A stretch of DNA of 61,046 nt, counting the filler. It is 3 parts of 3 records of this genome, joined end to end, with 100 filler letters (N's around TTAATTAATTAA, not from the genome) between each part and the next. Parts side by side here need not be neighbours in the genome. Positions count along the whole stretch, not along the records: positions 1 to 31,628 come from DRR723986_9335; 2 more parts are not named here. One strand, 5' to 3'. Shown piece after piece: positions 1 to 10,461 of the stretch; position 1 is the stretch's first letter; the number at the start of each line of letters is the position of its first letter. The notes under the pieces are model-generated. The model was given only the letters and a program-made list of their open reading frames with translations, was not told the origin of the DNA and made no database searches. Made by a program: the position numbers and the translations under genes.

Positions 1-1507
1 CTTCGTTTGGTGGGTTGGTATTGGTCACGCAGGAACTCTGATTTCTGCAGTACTATTACTTTTCCGTCAAAAATGGAGAATGGCAATTAACCGTTCTGCG
101 GAAGCCATGACCATATTCTCAGTAGTACAGGCAGGTTTATTTCCAATTATTCACATGGGTCGTCCATGGTTGGCATATTGGGTATTACCAATTCCTAATC
201 AGTTTGGTTCGTTATGGGTAAACTTTAATTCACCATTACTTTGGGATGTATTTGCGATCTCGACATATTTATCAGTATCGCTAGTATTCTGGTGGACAGG
301 TTTATTACCAGATTTTGCTATGATTAGAGATAGAGCGGTTAGACCATTCCAAAAGAAAATATACTCTTTATTAAGTTTTGGTTGGACAGGTAGAGCTAAA
401 GATTGGCAACGTTTTGAAGAAGTATCATTAGTACTTGCTGGTTTAGCAACACCATTAGTACTTTCTGTACATACTATTGTATCGTTTGACTTCGCAACAT
501 CAGTTATTCCAGGTTGGCATACTACAATATTCCCACCTTACTTCGTTGCGGGTGCTATATTCTCAGGATTCGCTATGGTAAATACACTTCTTATCATCAT
601 GAGAAAAGTGTGTAACCTAGAAGATTATATTACAGTACAACACATCGAGTTAATGAACATTGTAATTATGATTACAGGTTCTATAGTTGGTGTAGCATAT
701 ATTACAGAGTTATTTATCGCTTGGTATTCTGGTGTAGAATATGAACAGTATGCCTTCTTAAATAGAGCAACTGGACCTTACTGGTGGGCTTATTGGGCAA
801 TGATGACTTGTAACGTATTCTCTCCACAGTTTATGTGGTTTAAGAAACTTAGAACAAGTATAATGTTCTCTTTCTTTATTTCAATTGTAGTAAACATTGG
901 TATGTGGTTTGAGCGTTTTGTAATTATTGTAACCTCATTACATAGAGATTACTTACCGTCATCTTGGACAATGTTCTCGCCTACATTTGTAGATATAGGT
1001 ATTTTCATTGGAACTATTGGATTCTTCTTTGTATTGTTCTTATTGTACTCACGTACCTTCCCGGTAATTGCTCAGGCAGAGGTTAAAACTATTTTAAAAT
1101 CATCAGGTGAGCGCTACAAAAATATCAGAGAGCGCGGAGATAGTTTAGTAGGTACTGGTGCAGATGAAAGAACATCTGGAGGAGTACAAGTAATAAGTGC
1201 CGCAACACCTGCTGAAGTCAAAACTACAGAGATAGCTGGAGACAGTTCTGAGAAAGTCAACAATCTATTAGGAACTATTGGAACCTTTGATTCTTCTACT
1301 GATACAGCGGATGATTTAAAGAAAATTAGCGGAGTAGGACCTAAAATGGAAGAAGTACTTAACAGTATTGGAATATATACATTCTTACAAGTTAGTAAGA
1401 TGACTAAAACAGAATATGATTTGTTAGATTCAATTACTGGTTCGTTCCCAGGAAGAGCTGAGCGAGATGATTGGGCAGGACAAGCTAAAAATTTATTAAA
1501 TAACTAA
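1..1507 (+). CDS. actC: Alternative complex III subunit ActC (NrfD/PsrC-family quinol-oxidising membrane subunit), 5'-truncated, with C-terminal HhH extension
   Basis: Frame is open from base 2 ([36 protein letters not shown]), so the ATG at 80 is internal. NrfD/ActC motifs [35 protein letters not shown]; followed by actD/E/F. Confidence 0.93.
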   Translation, partial: FVWWVGIGHAGTLISAVLLLFRQKWRMAINRSAEAMTIFSVVQAGLFPIIHMGRPWLAYWVLPIPNQFGSLWVNFNSPLLWDVFAISTYLSVSLVFWWTGLLPDFAMIRDRAVRPFQKKIYSLLSFGWTGRAKDWQRFEEVSLVLAGLATPLVLSVHTIVSFDFATSVIPGWHTTIFPPYFVAGAIFSGFAMVNTLLIIMRKVCNLEDYITVQHIELMNIVIMITGSIVGVAYITELFIAWYSGVEYEQYAFLNRATGPYWWAYWAMMTCNVFSPQFMWFKKLRTSIMFSFFISIVVNIGMWFERFVIIVTSLHRDYLPSSWTMFSPTFVDIGIFIGTIGFFFVLFLLYSRTFPVIAQAEVKTILKSSGERYKNIRERGDSLVGTGADERTSGGVQVISAATPAEVKTTEIAGDSSEKVNNLLGTIGTFDSSTDTADDLKKISGVGPKMEEVLNSIGIYTFLQVSKMTKTEYDLLDSITGSFPGRAERDDWAGQAKNLLNN

Positions 1508-1515
1508 TATAGTCT

Positions 1516-2055
1516 ATGGAAGCTTCAAAAGTAATTCATGCTATTTATACAGATGACGATGTTTTAATGTCTGCCGTTAAAAAGGTAAAGTCGGAGAAAC
1601 ATCACATTGAAGAAATATATACACCTTTTCCGGTTCATGGACTAGACAAGGCAATGGGCTTAGCACCAACTCGTATAGCTATTACATCTTTTTTATATGG
1701 ATGTGTTGGTCTAACAGTAGCTGTTGTAATGATGAATTTTATAATGATTGAAGATTGGCCTCAAGATATTGGAGGAAAACCAAGTTTTAGTTATTTAGAA
1801 AACATGCCTGCTTTCGTGCCTATTATGTTTGAGCTCACCGTATTTTTTGCGGCTCACTTAATGGTAATCACATTTTATTTAAGAAGTAGAATGTGGCCAT
1901 TTAAAAAGGCAGAAAATCCGGATCCAAGAACAACCGATGATCATTTCCTCATGGAAATAGCTGTACATAATAATGAAAATGAGTTAACATCATTATTAAA
2001 AGAAACAGGTGCTGTTGAAATAAATATTGTAGATAAAGACGAAGATGCACATTAA
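1516..2055 (+). CDS. actD: Alternative complex III subunit ActD (DUF3341)
   Basis: YTPFPVHGLD and IGGKP...PAFVPIMFELTVFFAA motifs, two TM helices, lies between actC and actE. Confidence 0.9.
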   Translation: MEASKVIHAIYTDDDVLMSAVKKVKSEKHHIEEIYTPFPVHGLDKAMGLAPTRIAITSFLYGCVGLTVAVVMMNFIMIEDWPQDIGGKPSFSYLENMPAFVPIMFELTVFFAAHLMVITFYLRSRMWPFKKAENPDPRTTDDHFLMEIAVHNNENELTSLLKETGAVEINIVDKDEDAH

Positions 2056-2056
2056 T

Positions 2057-2617
2057 ATGAAGACATCCTTAAAATATATCGTAGTTCTAGTAATGGTAGT
2101 AAGTTTTGTGTCTTGCCAGAAAAATTCAAGACCGAACTATCAGTATATGCCAAATATGTATGAGTCTGTAGGTTATGAGGCTTATCAGGAATCTGATGCA
2201 TTTGCAAATGGAGTAGAAGCTCAATTGCCAGCTGAAGGTACAATTCCAAGAGGTGATTTTATGCCTTATGAAATTGGAGACACTAATGAAGGTTATGAGT
2301 TAGCTAAAGCAACTTTAATGAGTCCATTAGATTCAATGCAAGTAGATTATAAAAGAGGTAAAGAACTCTATGACGTTTACTGCGGGATTTGCCATGGTAC
2401 AAAAGGAAATGGTAAAGGTAAATTAGTAGAACGTGAAAAAATTCTCGGTGTTCCTAGTTATGATGATGCGGGTAGAGCTATTACAACAGGTAGTATTTAT
2501 CATGTCATCTATTATGGTAAAAATACTATGGGCTCTTATGCTAATCAACTTAATGAAGAAGAGCGTTGGCAAGTAACAGCTTATGTTGAAAAACTTAAAG
2601 CAGATTTAGAAAAATAA
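2057..2617 (+). CDS. actE: Alternative complex III subunit ActE, monoheme cytochrome c lipoprotein
   Basis: Lipobox FVSC, one CxxCH (CGICH), YMPNM and MGSYA...EERWQV motifs. Start moved to ATG 2057, just after the actD stop. Confidence 0.9.
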   Translation: MKTSLKYIVVLVMVVSFVSCQKNSRPNYQYMPNMYESVGYEAYQESDAFANGVEAQLPAEGTIPRGDFMPYEIGDTNEGYELAKATLMSPLDSMQVDYKRGKELYDVYCGICHGTKGNGKGKLVEREKILGVPSYDDAGRAITTGSIYHVIYYGKNTMGSYANQLNEEERWQVTAYVEKLKADLEK

Positions 2618-2638
2618 GATTTAGATAAAGATTATATA

Positions 2639-4009
2639 ATGGAATATAAAATTTCAAATCGATTAAAAATAGCCGCTATCATTATGATAGTCCTTGGGGT
2701 ACTTGGTGTTGGTTATGGTTTTATGGATTCGCATAAATATGAAACTGTAAAAGACGTTGAGGCTTTATTAGAGAGTGAAGCACATCATGGTGATGAAGCG
2801 CATGCTGTAGAAGCACACGGTGATTCACATGGTGAAATGGCTGCTCACGCAGAAGAGGGTCATGATAATGACGCTCATGGTGATGAAGCGCATGCTGAAG
2901 AAGGCCATAAGATGAGTCATGAGGAGCATGTATTACACCAAATACACAACAGACCTTATTCAGCATTATATGTAGCAGCATTCTTTTTCTTTATGATAGC
3001 TCTAGGTGTTTTAGCCTTTTACGCAATACAATATGCCGCTCAAGCAGGTTGGTCGCCAGTTTTATTTAGAGTTATGGAAGGTATTACTTCTTATGTGCTA
3101 CCTGGTGGACTTATAGTATTAGCAATAGCATTTTTTGCAAAGGATCACATTTTTATTTGGATGAATGAAGAAGTTGTGGCCTACGATAAATTAATTCAGG
3201 GAAAGTCTAGCTGGTTAAATATGCCTTGGTTCTTTATTCGAGGATTAATTTTCTTAGGTGGTTGGTCTTTATACAGATACTTCTCAAGAAAGTTTTCAGT
3301 GGCGCAAGACAGTGCAAATGATAATAGAAACTTTAAAAAGAACTTTAGAATATCGGCAGCATTTTTAGTATTCTATATTTACACAGAATCTATGATGTCT
3401 TGGGATTGGATTATGAGTGTAGATCCACACTGGTTTAGTACGTTATTTGGCTGGTATGTCTTTGCAAGTATGTTTGTAAGCGGTATTACGGTTATAGCTT
3501 TAATAACTATCTATTTAAAGTCGAAAGGATTGTTAGAATTTGTAAATGATAGTCATATTCATGATTTGGCTAAATTTATGTTTGGTATAAGTATTTTCTG
3601 GACTTACTTATGGTTCTCTCAGTTCATGTTAATATGGTATTCAAATATACCTGAAGAAGTTACATATTTTGTTACGCGTATTGAAGACTATAAATTACCA
3701 TTCTTTGGAATGGTTGCTATGAACTTTGTATTCCCGTTGTTATTATTGATGAATAGTGATTATAAACGTATACCATGGTTTGTAGTAATGGCTGGTATTG
3801 TGATTTTATGTGGTCACTACATTGATGTATTCAATATGATAATGCCTGCTACTGTAGGAGATAGATGGTTTATAGGAATACCTGAAATAGGTGCTATTTT
3901 ATTATTTGGTGGGTTATTTATGCTTATTGTGTTTACGGCATTAGGCAAATATCCGCTATTAGCAAAAGGAAATCCGTTTATGAAGGAAAGTGAACATTTC
4001 CATTATTAA
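2639..4009 (+). CDS. actF: Alternative complex III subunit ActF, with His-rich N-terminal loop
   Basis: WDWIMSVDPHWFSTLFG and SQFMLIWYSNIPEE motifs, multi-TM, operon position. Confidence 0.9.
   Translation: MEYKISNRLKIAAIIMIVLGVLGVGYGFMDSHKYETVKDVEALLESEAHHGDEAHAVEAHGDSHGEMAAHAEEGHDNDAHGDEAHAEEGHKMSHEEHVLHQIHNRPYSALYVAAFFFFMIALGVLAFYAIQYAAQAGWSPVLFRVMEGITSYVLPGGLIVLAIAFFAKDHIFIWMNEEVVAYDKLIQGKSSWLNMPWFFIRGLIFLGGWSLYRYFSRKFSVAQDSANDNRNFKKNFRISAAFLVFYIYTESMMSWDWIMSVDPHWFSTLFGWYVFASMFVSGITVIALITIYLKSKGLLEFVNDSHIHDLAKFMFGISIFWTYLWFSQFMLIWYSNIPEEVTYFVTRIEDYKLPFFGMVAMNFVFPLLLLMNSDYKRIPWFVVMAGIVILCGHYIDVFNMIMPATVGDRWFIGIPEIGAILLFGGLFMLIVFTALGKYPLLAKGNPFMKESEHFHY
2785..2897 (+). repeat. Intragenic 23-bp direct repeat (tcatggtgatgaagcgcatgctg) encoding HGDEAHA twice, 90 bp apart
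   Basis: Identical copies at 2785-2807 and 2875-2897 within actF. Confidence 0.85.
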
Positions 4010-4036
4010 TATTATTAAAAAAGAACAAAAACGATA

Positions 4037-5098
4037 ATGACTGCTTTATTAACTATTATAATTGTACTCTTTGTAGCCGTAGCCTTATGGCAAATGGTAA
4101 AGATTTTTGATTTGGCTCAAGTTGGTAGTTCAAACAACCAAGTTGCTAATGACGAAGACAATAGAATAAATGGCTATTTAATGATGGGATTCTTAGTATT
4201 TATTTATGCTATAACCATTGTTAGTTTTTATTATCTCGGAGATTTACCTCTAGTTTCAAACTCAGCTTCAGAACATGGACCTGGTATTGATAACTTAATG
4301 GTTATTTCTATGGTCGTAATTTTTATAGTTCAAATTGTGACTCAATTTTTACTACACTATTTTGCTTTTAAATATAAAGGTGAAAAAGGTAGAAAGGCAT
4401 TATTTTATGCAGATAATAATACTTTAGAGTTTGTTTGGACTATTATTCCAGTAATTGTATTGGCCGGATTAATTATTTACGGGTTATTTACATGGAACGA
4501 TATTATGGGTATTGATGAGGATGAAGATCCAATGGTAATTGAACTATATGCTCAGCAATTTAATTGGAAAGCACGTTACGGTGGCGAGGACAATGTCCTT
4601 GGTAAAGCTAACGTAAGATTAATAGATTTAGATAAGGCTAATATTCTTGGTGTAGATGAAGATGATCCAAATGCTCAGGACGATGTTGTCGTAACTGAAC
4701 TTCATTTACCAAAAGGTAGACCAGTACTATTTAAAATGCGTTCTCAAGATGTTTTACATTCGGCTTACATGCCTCATTTTAGAGCACAAATGAACTGTGT
4801 TCCGGGTATGGTAACTCAGTTTGCCTTTACACCAACAGTTACAACAGAAGAAATGCGTCAAAATCCAGATATTATTGAAAAAGTTCAAAACATTAATAAA
4901 CTGAGAACAGAGCGAAAAGAAGAAATTGAAGAAGCAGGTCAAGACCTACTATATGAGTTCGATTATTTACTGCTATGCAATAAGATATGTGGTAAATCAC
5001 ACTACAATATGCAGATGAAAATAGTTGTAGAAACTCAAGAAGAATTTGACGCATGGATGGCAGAACAAACAACTTTTGCCAATTCATTATTGAAATAG
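4037..5098 (+). CDS. ctaC: Cytochrome c oxidase subunit II (CuA)
   Basis: LEFVWTIIP, DVLHS and the Bacteroidota-type CuA motif CNKICGKSHYNM. Confidence 0.93.
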   Translation: MTALLTIIIVLFVAVALWQMVKIFDLAQVGSSNNQVANDEDNRINGYLMMGFLVFIYAITIVSFYYLGDLPLVSNSASEHGPGIDNLMVISMVVIFIVQIVTQFLLHYFAFKYKGEKGRKALFYADNNTLEFVWTIIPVIVLAGLIIYGLFTWNDIMGIDEDEDPMVIELYAQQFNWKARYGGEDNVLGKANVRLIDLDKANILGVDEDDPNAQDDVVVTELHLPKGRPVLFKMRSQDVLHSAYMPHFRAQMNCVPGMVTQFAFTPTVTTEEMRQNPDIIEKVQNINKLRTERKEEIEEAGQDLLYEFDYLLLCNKICGKSHYNMQMKIVVETQEEFDAWMAEQTTFANSLLK

Positions 5099-5131
5099 AA
5101 AAATTGTTTTAAGAAAAAGATAAAAGAGATT

Positions 5132-6928
5132 ATGTCAGCAACAGCAGAAACACACGTTCACGACGAACACGACGTACATCACCACAAAGAAACATTTGTG
5201 ACTAAATATATATTTAGTCAAGATCATAAAATGATTGCTAAGCAGTATTTAATTACTGGTGTAATTATCATGGGTATTATAGGTATTTTCATGTCTTTAA
5301 TGATACGTATGCAAATTGCTTGGCCAGAAAAGTCTAATGTAATTTTTGAGACTTTCCTAGGTAAGTGGGCTCCAGAAGGAGTTATGGATGCAGATATATA
5401 TTTAGCTTTAGTTACCATACATGGAACTATAATGGTATTCTTTGTACTTACAGCAGGACTGAGTGGTACATTTAGTAACCTATTAATTCCATTGCAAATT
5501 GGTGCTAGAGATATGGCATCAGGATTTCTAAATATGATTTCATATTGGTTATTCTTTGTGTCTTGTGTAATTATGATACTATCATTTTTTGTAGAGGCAG
5601 GACCAGCAGCTGCAGGTTGGACAATTTACCCACCATTATCAGCATTACCACTTGCACAAGGCGGCTCAGGGATGGGTATGACCCTTTGGTTAGTATCCAT
5701 GGCAATATTTATTGCATCATCTTTATTAGGGTCTTTAAATTATATCGTAACAGTTATTAATCTGCGTACTAAAGGTATGTCAATGACTCGATTGCCTTTA
5801 ACAATTTGGGCATTCTTTGTAACTGCAGTTATTGGTGTAATTTCATTCCCGGTATTATTATCAGCAGCGTTATTATTAATAATGGATAGAAGCTTTGGAA
5901 CATCATTCTTCTTATCTGACATATTCATACAAGGTGAAGTGTTACACTATCAAGGTGGTTCACCAGTATTATTTGAGCATTTATTCTGGTTTTTAGGACA
6001 CCCAGAAGTATATATTGTACTATTACCAGCACTTGGTATTACTTCCGAGATTATTGCTACTAATTCACGTAAACCAATCTTTGGTTATCGTGCAATGGTT
6101 GCGTCGATTTTAGCAATTGCATTTTTATCTACAATTGTTTGGGGTCACCACATGTTCATTTCAGGTATGAACCCGTTCTTAGGATCAGTATTTACATTTA
6201 CAACATTACTTATTGCTATACCATCCGCGGTTAAGGCTTTTAATTATATAACCACCTTGTGGAAAGGAAATCTGCAAATGAACCCTGCAATGTTATTTTC
6301 TATTGGTTTGGTTTCAACTTTTATTACTGGTGGTTTAACTGGTATTATTCTTGGTGATAGTGCCTTAGATATAAATGTACACGATACTTATTTTGTTGTT
6401 GCTCATTTCCATTTAGTAATGGGTATTTCAGCATTATATGGAGTATTTGCAGGTATTTATCATTGGTTCCCTAGAATGTTTGGTAGAATGATGAATAAGA
6501 ATTTGGGTTATTTACACTTCTGGGTTACCGCAATTTGTGCTTATGGTGTATTTTTCCCAATGCACTTTATAGGAATGGCTGGTTTACCTAGACGTTATTA
6601 CACAAACTCTAATTTCCCGTTATTTGATGATACCACAAATACGCAATTAGTAATTACAATGTTTGCTCTTGTTGGTGGTGCAGTTCAATTAGTTTTCTTA
6701 TATAACTTCTTTAGTAGTATGTTTTATGGTAAGAAAGCAGAACAAAATCCTTGGAAATCTAATACCTTAGAATGGACAGCTCCTGTAGAACATATGCATG
6801 GTAACTGGCCTGGTGCTTTACCAACAGTTTACAGATGGTCGTACGACTATAGTAAACCAGGACATGATGAAGACTTTGTACCTCAAAATGTACCTATGAA
6901 AGAAGGTGAAGAAGAATTACAGCATTAG
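5132..6928 (+). CDS. ctaD: Cytochrome c oxidase subunit I (A1-type heme-copper oxidase)
   Basis: GWTIYPPLS, FWFLGHPEVY, VWGHHM, HDTYFVVAHFH, GLPRRY. Confidence 0.97.
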   Translation: MSATAETHVHDEHDVHHHKETFVTKYIFSQDHKMIAKQYLITGVIIMGIIGIFMSLMIRMQIAWPEKSNVIFETFLGKWAPEGVMDADIYLALVTIHGTIMVFFVLTAGLSGTFSNLLIPLQIGARDMASGFLNMISYWLFFVSCVIMILSFFVEAGPAAAGWTIYPPLSALPLAQGGSGMGMTLWLVSMAIFIASSLLGSLNYIVTVINLRTKGMSMTRLPLTIWAFFVTAVIGVISFPVLLSAALLLIMDRSFGTSFFLSDIFIQGEVLHYQGGSPVLFEHLFWFLGHPEVYIVLLPALGITSEIIATNSRKPIFGYRAMVASILAIAFLSTIVWGHHMFISGMNPFLGSVFTFTTLLIAIPSAVKAFNYITTLWKGNLQMNPAMLFSIGLVSTFITGGLTGIILGDSALDINVHDTYFVVAHFHLVMGISALYGVFAGIYHWFPRMFGRMMNKNLGYLHFWVTAICAYGVFFPMHFIGMAGLPRRYYTNSNFPLFDDTTNTQLVITMFALVGGAVQLVFLYNFFSSMFYGKKAEQNPWKSNTLEWTAPVEHMHGNWPGALPTVYRWSYDYSKPGHDEDFVPQNVPMKEGEEELQH

Positions 6929-6952
6929 AGCTGAAATATTATAGATTAAAGT

Positions 6953-6983
6953 AAAAAGCCTTTCTAATTTAGAAGGGCTTTTT
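6953..6983 (+). terminator. Intrinsic terminator of the act-cta operon
   Basis: AAAAAGCCTTTCTA-att-TAGAAGGGCTTTTT hairpin (one G-U pair) followed by T-rich tail. Confidence 0.8.
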
Positions 6984-6986
6984 CTT

Positions 6987-6994
6987 TATATTTG
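6987..6994 (+). promoter_or_regulatory. Bacteroidota sigmaA -7 element for ruvB
   Basis: TATATTTG matches TAnnTTTG, 7 nt before the ruvB ATG (near-leaderless). Confidence 0.55.
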
Positions 6995-7001
6995 TTTTAA
7001 T

Positions 7002-8024
7002 ATGAACGAGAACTTAAATCCATCAAACGAAAATTTTGGTCCAGAAGAATTGGATGTCGAAAAGAAGTTAAGACCCTTAACTTTCAACGATTTTACAGGT
7101 CAGGATCAGGTTTTAGAGAATTTATTAGTTTTTGTTCAGGCTGCTAATCTTAGAGATGAAGCTCTGGATCATACTTTATTTCATGGCCCACCTGGATTAG
7201 GTAAAACTACATTAGCACATATACTTGCTAATGAGTTAGATGTTGGTATAAAAGTAACTTCTGGGCCTGTTTTAGACAAGCCAGGTGACCTTGCCGGTTT
7301 ACTAACCAATCTAGAAGATCGTGATGTTTTATTCATTGATGAAATTCATAGATTAAGCCCTATTGTAGAAGAGTATTTATACTCTGCCATGGAGGATTAT
7401 AAAATTGATATAATGATTGAGTCTGGTCCTAATGCCAGAACAGTACAGATTAATCTAAACCCATTTACACTAGTAGGTGCAACTACACGCTCTGGTTTAT
7501 TAACAGCACCAATGCGTGCACGTTTTGGTATAAGTAGTCGCCTACAATATTATAAGACGGATTTATTAACTACTATTGTACAAAGAAGTGCTTCAATATT
7601 AAACGTTCCTATTTCTATGGAAGCTGCAATTGAAATCGCCGGCAGAAGTAGAGGTACACCACGTATCGCAAATGCATTATTAAGACGGGTTAGAGACTTT
7701 GCGCAAATTAAAGGTGATGGACACATCGATATTAAAATTGCCAAGTTTGCATTAGAAGCTTTAAATGTTGATGCCCATGGCTTGGACGAAATGGATAATA
7801 AAATTCTCACTACAATTATAGATAAGTTTAAAGGTGGTCCTGTAGGAATTACAACCTTAGCCACTGCCGTAAGTGAAAGCTCAGAAACTATTGAAGAAGT
7901 TTACGAGCCATTTTTGATACAGCAAGGATTTATTATGCGTACACCAAGAGGGCGAGAAGTTACTGAACAAGCCTACAAACATTTAGGTAAAATAAAAGGG
8001 CCGTCACAAGGAGGACTCTTCTAA
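7002..8024 (+). CDS. ruvB: Holliday junction branch migration helicase RuvB
   Basis: [43 protein letters not shown]. Confidence 0.97.
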   Translation: MNENLNPSNENFGPEELDVEKKLRPLTFNDFTGQDQVLENLLVFVQAANLRDEALDHTLFHGPPGLGKTTLAHILANELDVGIKVTSGPVLDKPGDLAGLLTNLEDRDVLFIDEIHRLSPIVEEYLYSAMEDYKIDIMIESGPNARTVQINLNPFTLVGATTRSGLLTAPMRARFGISSRLQYYKTDLLTTIVQRSASILNVPISMEAAIEIAGRSRGTPRIANALLRRVRDFAQIKGDGHIDIKIAKFALEALNVDAHGLDEMDNKILTTIIDKFKGGPVGITTLATAVSESSETIEEVYEPFLIQQGFIMRTPRGREVTEQAYKHLGKIKGPSQGGLF

Positions 8025-8046
8025 ACACACCTTTCATCGAGAAATT

Positions 8047-8054
8047 TAACTTTG
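8047..8054 (+). promoter_or_regulatory. Bacteroidota -7 promoter element upstream of the di-heme peroxidase gene
   Basis: TAACTTTG matches TAnnTTTG in the intergenic gap. Confidence 0.5.
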
Positions 8055-8149
8055 TATTGGGTTTAATCTGATATTTTTCATGTTTATCTGAATATATATA
8101 AATGCCATTTAAGCATTATTATATTTAAGGTACTAAATCCAATCAATTC

Positions 8150-9490
8150 ATGAAACATATCAAGTTTAGGTCAATACTATTACTCATTTTGTTTTCAATA
8201 TACTCCTGTAATTCTGATAATGATTTTTATGAGAATATTGGTAATAATATAGAACTCGAAAATCAACTTATAGAATTATTTGGTTCAAAGGTTGTACTTA
8301 TACAACCATTAATAAATGAATTATCTTCTATACCATCAGATTTAAACAACCCTCTAACAACCTCTAAGGTTGAATTAGGGAAATTACTTTATCATGAGAC
8401 AATGATAGCTACTGGAGCTCATATGAATGATGGAATGTATACCTATTCTTGTGCGAGTTGCCATCATGTTGATGCTGGTTTTCAAAGTGGATTGAAACAA
8501 GGAATTGGTGAAGGTGGATTGGGTTTTGGGGTTCATGGTGAAGGTCGAATCAAAAACGCTATGTACCCGGAATCAGAACTTGATGTACAACCAATAAGAA
8601 CACCAACAACACTTAATGTGGCTTATCAAGAAGTAATGTTATGGAATGGTCAATTTGGCGCTAAAGGACCTAATGAGGGTACACAATCTCAATGGACTAT
8701 TGATACACCAAAAGAAGCCAATTTATTGGGCTTTGAAGGTGTAGAGACACAGGCAATTGCAGGATTAGACGTACATCGTTTAACTATAGATCATGACGAA
8801 ATTATAAACTCATCTTATAAAGAATTGTTTGATGTTGCATTCCCTAATGATTCTGAAGATGAACGTTATTCAAAGCTAAATGCCGCTTTAGCAATTGCTG
8901 CCTATGAGAGGACATTATTGCCAAATCAGGCACCTTTTCAACGTTGGTTAAGAGGCGATAATAATGCAATGTCAAAGGATGAAATGTCTGGCGCTAAATT
9001 ATTTTTTGGTAAAGCACAATGCTATCAATGCCATGCAGGTCCGGCGCTTAACGACATGGATTTTCATGCGCTAGGAATGAAAGATCTTGAAGGTGCAGAG
9101 GTTGCCACAATTGCAGATGAATCAACAAGAAAAGGTCGTGGCGGCTTTACTGGAAATGGTGAAGATGACTATAAATTTAAAACACCACAATTATACAATT
9201 TAAAAGATGTTCAATTTTTTGGCCATGGTGGAAGTTTCACAACCATTAAAGAAGTGATTGAATATAAAAATAGTGCTGTTATAGAGAATGATTTGGTTCC
9301 ACAAAATAGAATTTCACCACTTTTTACCCCATTAAATTTATCTGAAAAAGAGATATATCAGTTATTGTTGTTTTTAGAAAAATCTTTATATGATAATAAC
9401 CTTGAACGTTATGTGCCAGAAACGCTACCTTCAGGTAATTGTTTTCCAAATGCAGATTATATGTCATCAGAGGATTTGGGTTGTAACTAG
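8150..9490 (+). CDS. Di-heme cytochrome c peroxidase/MauG-family lipoprotein
   Basis: Lipobox IYSC, two CxxCH (CASCH, CYQCH), KVELGKLLY, RTPTTLN...LWNG, FKTPQLYN. Confidence 0.85.
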   Translation: MKHIKFRSILLLILFSIYSCNSDNDFYENIGNNIELENQLIELFGSKVVLIQPLINELSSIPSDLNNPLTTSKVELGKLLYHETMIATGAHMNDGMYTYSCASCHHVDAGFQSGLKQGIGEGGLGFGVHGEGRIKNAMYPESELDVQPIRTPTTLNVAYQEVMLWNGQFGAKGPNEGTQSQWTIDTPKEANLLGFEGVETQAIAGLDVHRLTIDHDEIINSSYKELFDVAFPNDSEDERYSKLNAALAIAAYERTLLPNQAPFQRWLRGDNNAMSKDEMSGAKLFFGKAQCYQCHAGPALNDMDFHALGMKDLEGAEVATIADESTRKGRGGFTGNGEDDYKFKTPQLYNLKDVQFFGHGGSFTTIKEVIEYKNSAVIENDLVPQNRISPLFTPLNLSEKEIYQLLLFLEKSLYDNNLERYVPETLPSGNCFPNADYMSSEDLGCN

Positions 9491-9535
9491 ATTTATTTAA
9501 AACAAAATTGTAGTTTAGTTCTTTAAAGAATAGAA

Positions 9536-10456
9536 TTGAACAAATCAAAATATACAGAACTTATTAAAACCGAAGCTAAACGCCTCGGTTTTTTGTCTTG
9601 TGGAGTAAGTAGGGCTGAATTCTTAGAAGAAGAAGCACCTCGACTAGAGGCTTGGCTTAAAAAAAATATGCACGGCGAAATGCGTTATATGGAGAATCAT
9701 TTCGATAAGCGTCTTGATCCAACTCTATTAGTTGAAGGTTCTAAGAGTGTTGTTTCATTATTACTCAATTATTTTCCAGAGGAAAATCAATGCAAAGATT
9801 CATTTAAGATTTCAAAATATGCCTATGGAACAGACTACCATTTTGTTATTAAAGACAAGTTAAAGGCTCTACTCAATTTCATTCAGGAAGAAATTGGTGA
9901 GGTTAATGGTAGAGCATTTGTTGATTCAGCGCCAGTTTTAGATAAGGCTTGGGCGGCAAAATCTGGTTTAGGTTGGATAGGTAAGCATTCAAACTTATTA
10001 ACCCAACAAGTAGGTTCGTTTTATTTTATTGCAGAATTAATTATTGATCTAGAATTAGATTATGATACACCAGTAACTGATCACTGTGGGACATGTACAG
10101 CCTGTATTGATGCTTGCCCTACTGAAGCTATTACCGAACCTTATGTTGTAGATGGCAGCAAATGTATTTCTTATTTTACCATAGAATTGAAAGAAAACAT
10201 ACCAACGGAGTTTAAAGGTAAATTTGATGATTGGATGTTTGGTTGTGATGTTTGCCAAGATGTGTGCCCATGGAATCGATTCAGTAAATCACACAATGAA
10301 TCTTTGTTTAATCCACATCCAGATTTACTTTCAATGACTAAAGCCGATTGGGAAGAACTTACAGAAGATACTTTTAAAAAGGTGTTTAAGAAGTCTGCCG
10401 TAAAACGTACTAAGTTTTCTGGGATAAAAAGAAATATTAACTTTTTAAAAAAATAG
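9536..10456 (+). CDS. queG: tRNA epoxyqueuosine(34) reductase QueG
   Basis: [54 protein letters not shown] start. Confidence 0.95.
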   Translation: MNKSKYTELIKTEAKRLGFLSCGVSRAEFLEEEAPRLEAWLKKNMHGEMRYMENHFDKRLDPTLLVEGSKSVVSLLLNYFPEENQCKDSFKISKYAYGTDYHFVIKDKLKALLNFIQEEIGEVNGRAFVDSAPVLDKAWAAKSGLGWIGKHSNLLTQQVGSFYFIAELIIDLELDYDTPVTDHCGTCTACIDACPTEAITEPYVVDGSKCISYFTIELKENIPTEFKGKFDDWMFGCDVCQDVCPWNRFSKSHNESLFNPHPDLLSMTKADWEELTEDTFKKVFKKSAVKRTKFSGIKRNINFLKK

Positions 10457-10461
10457 ACTAT

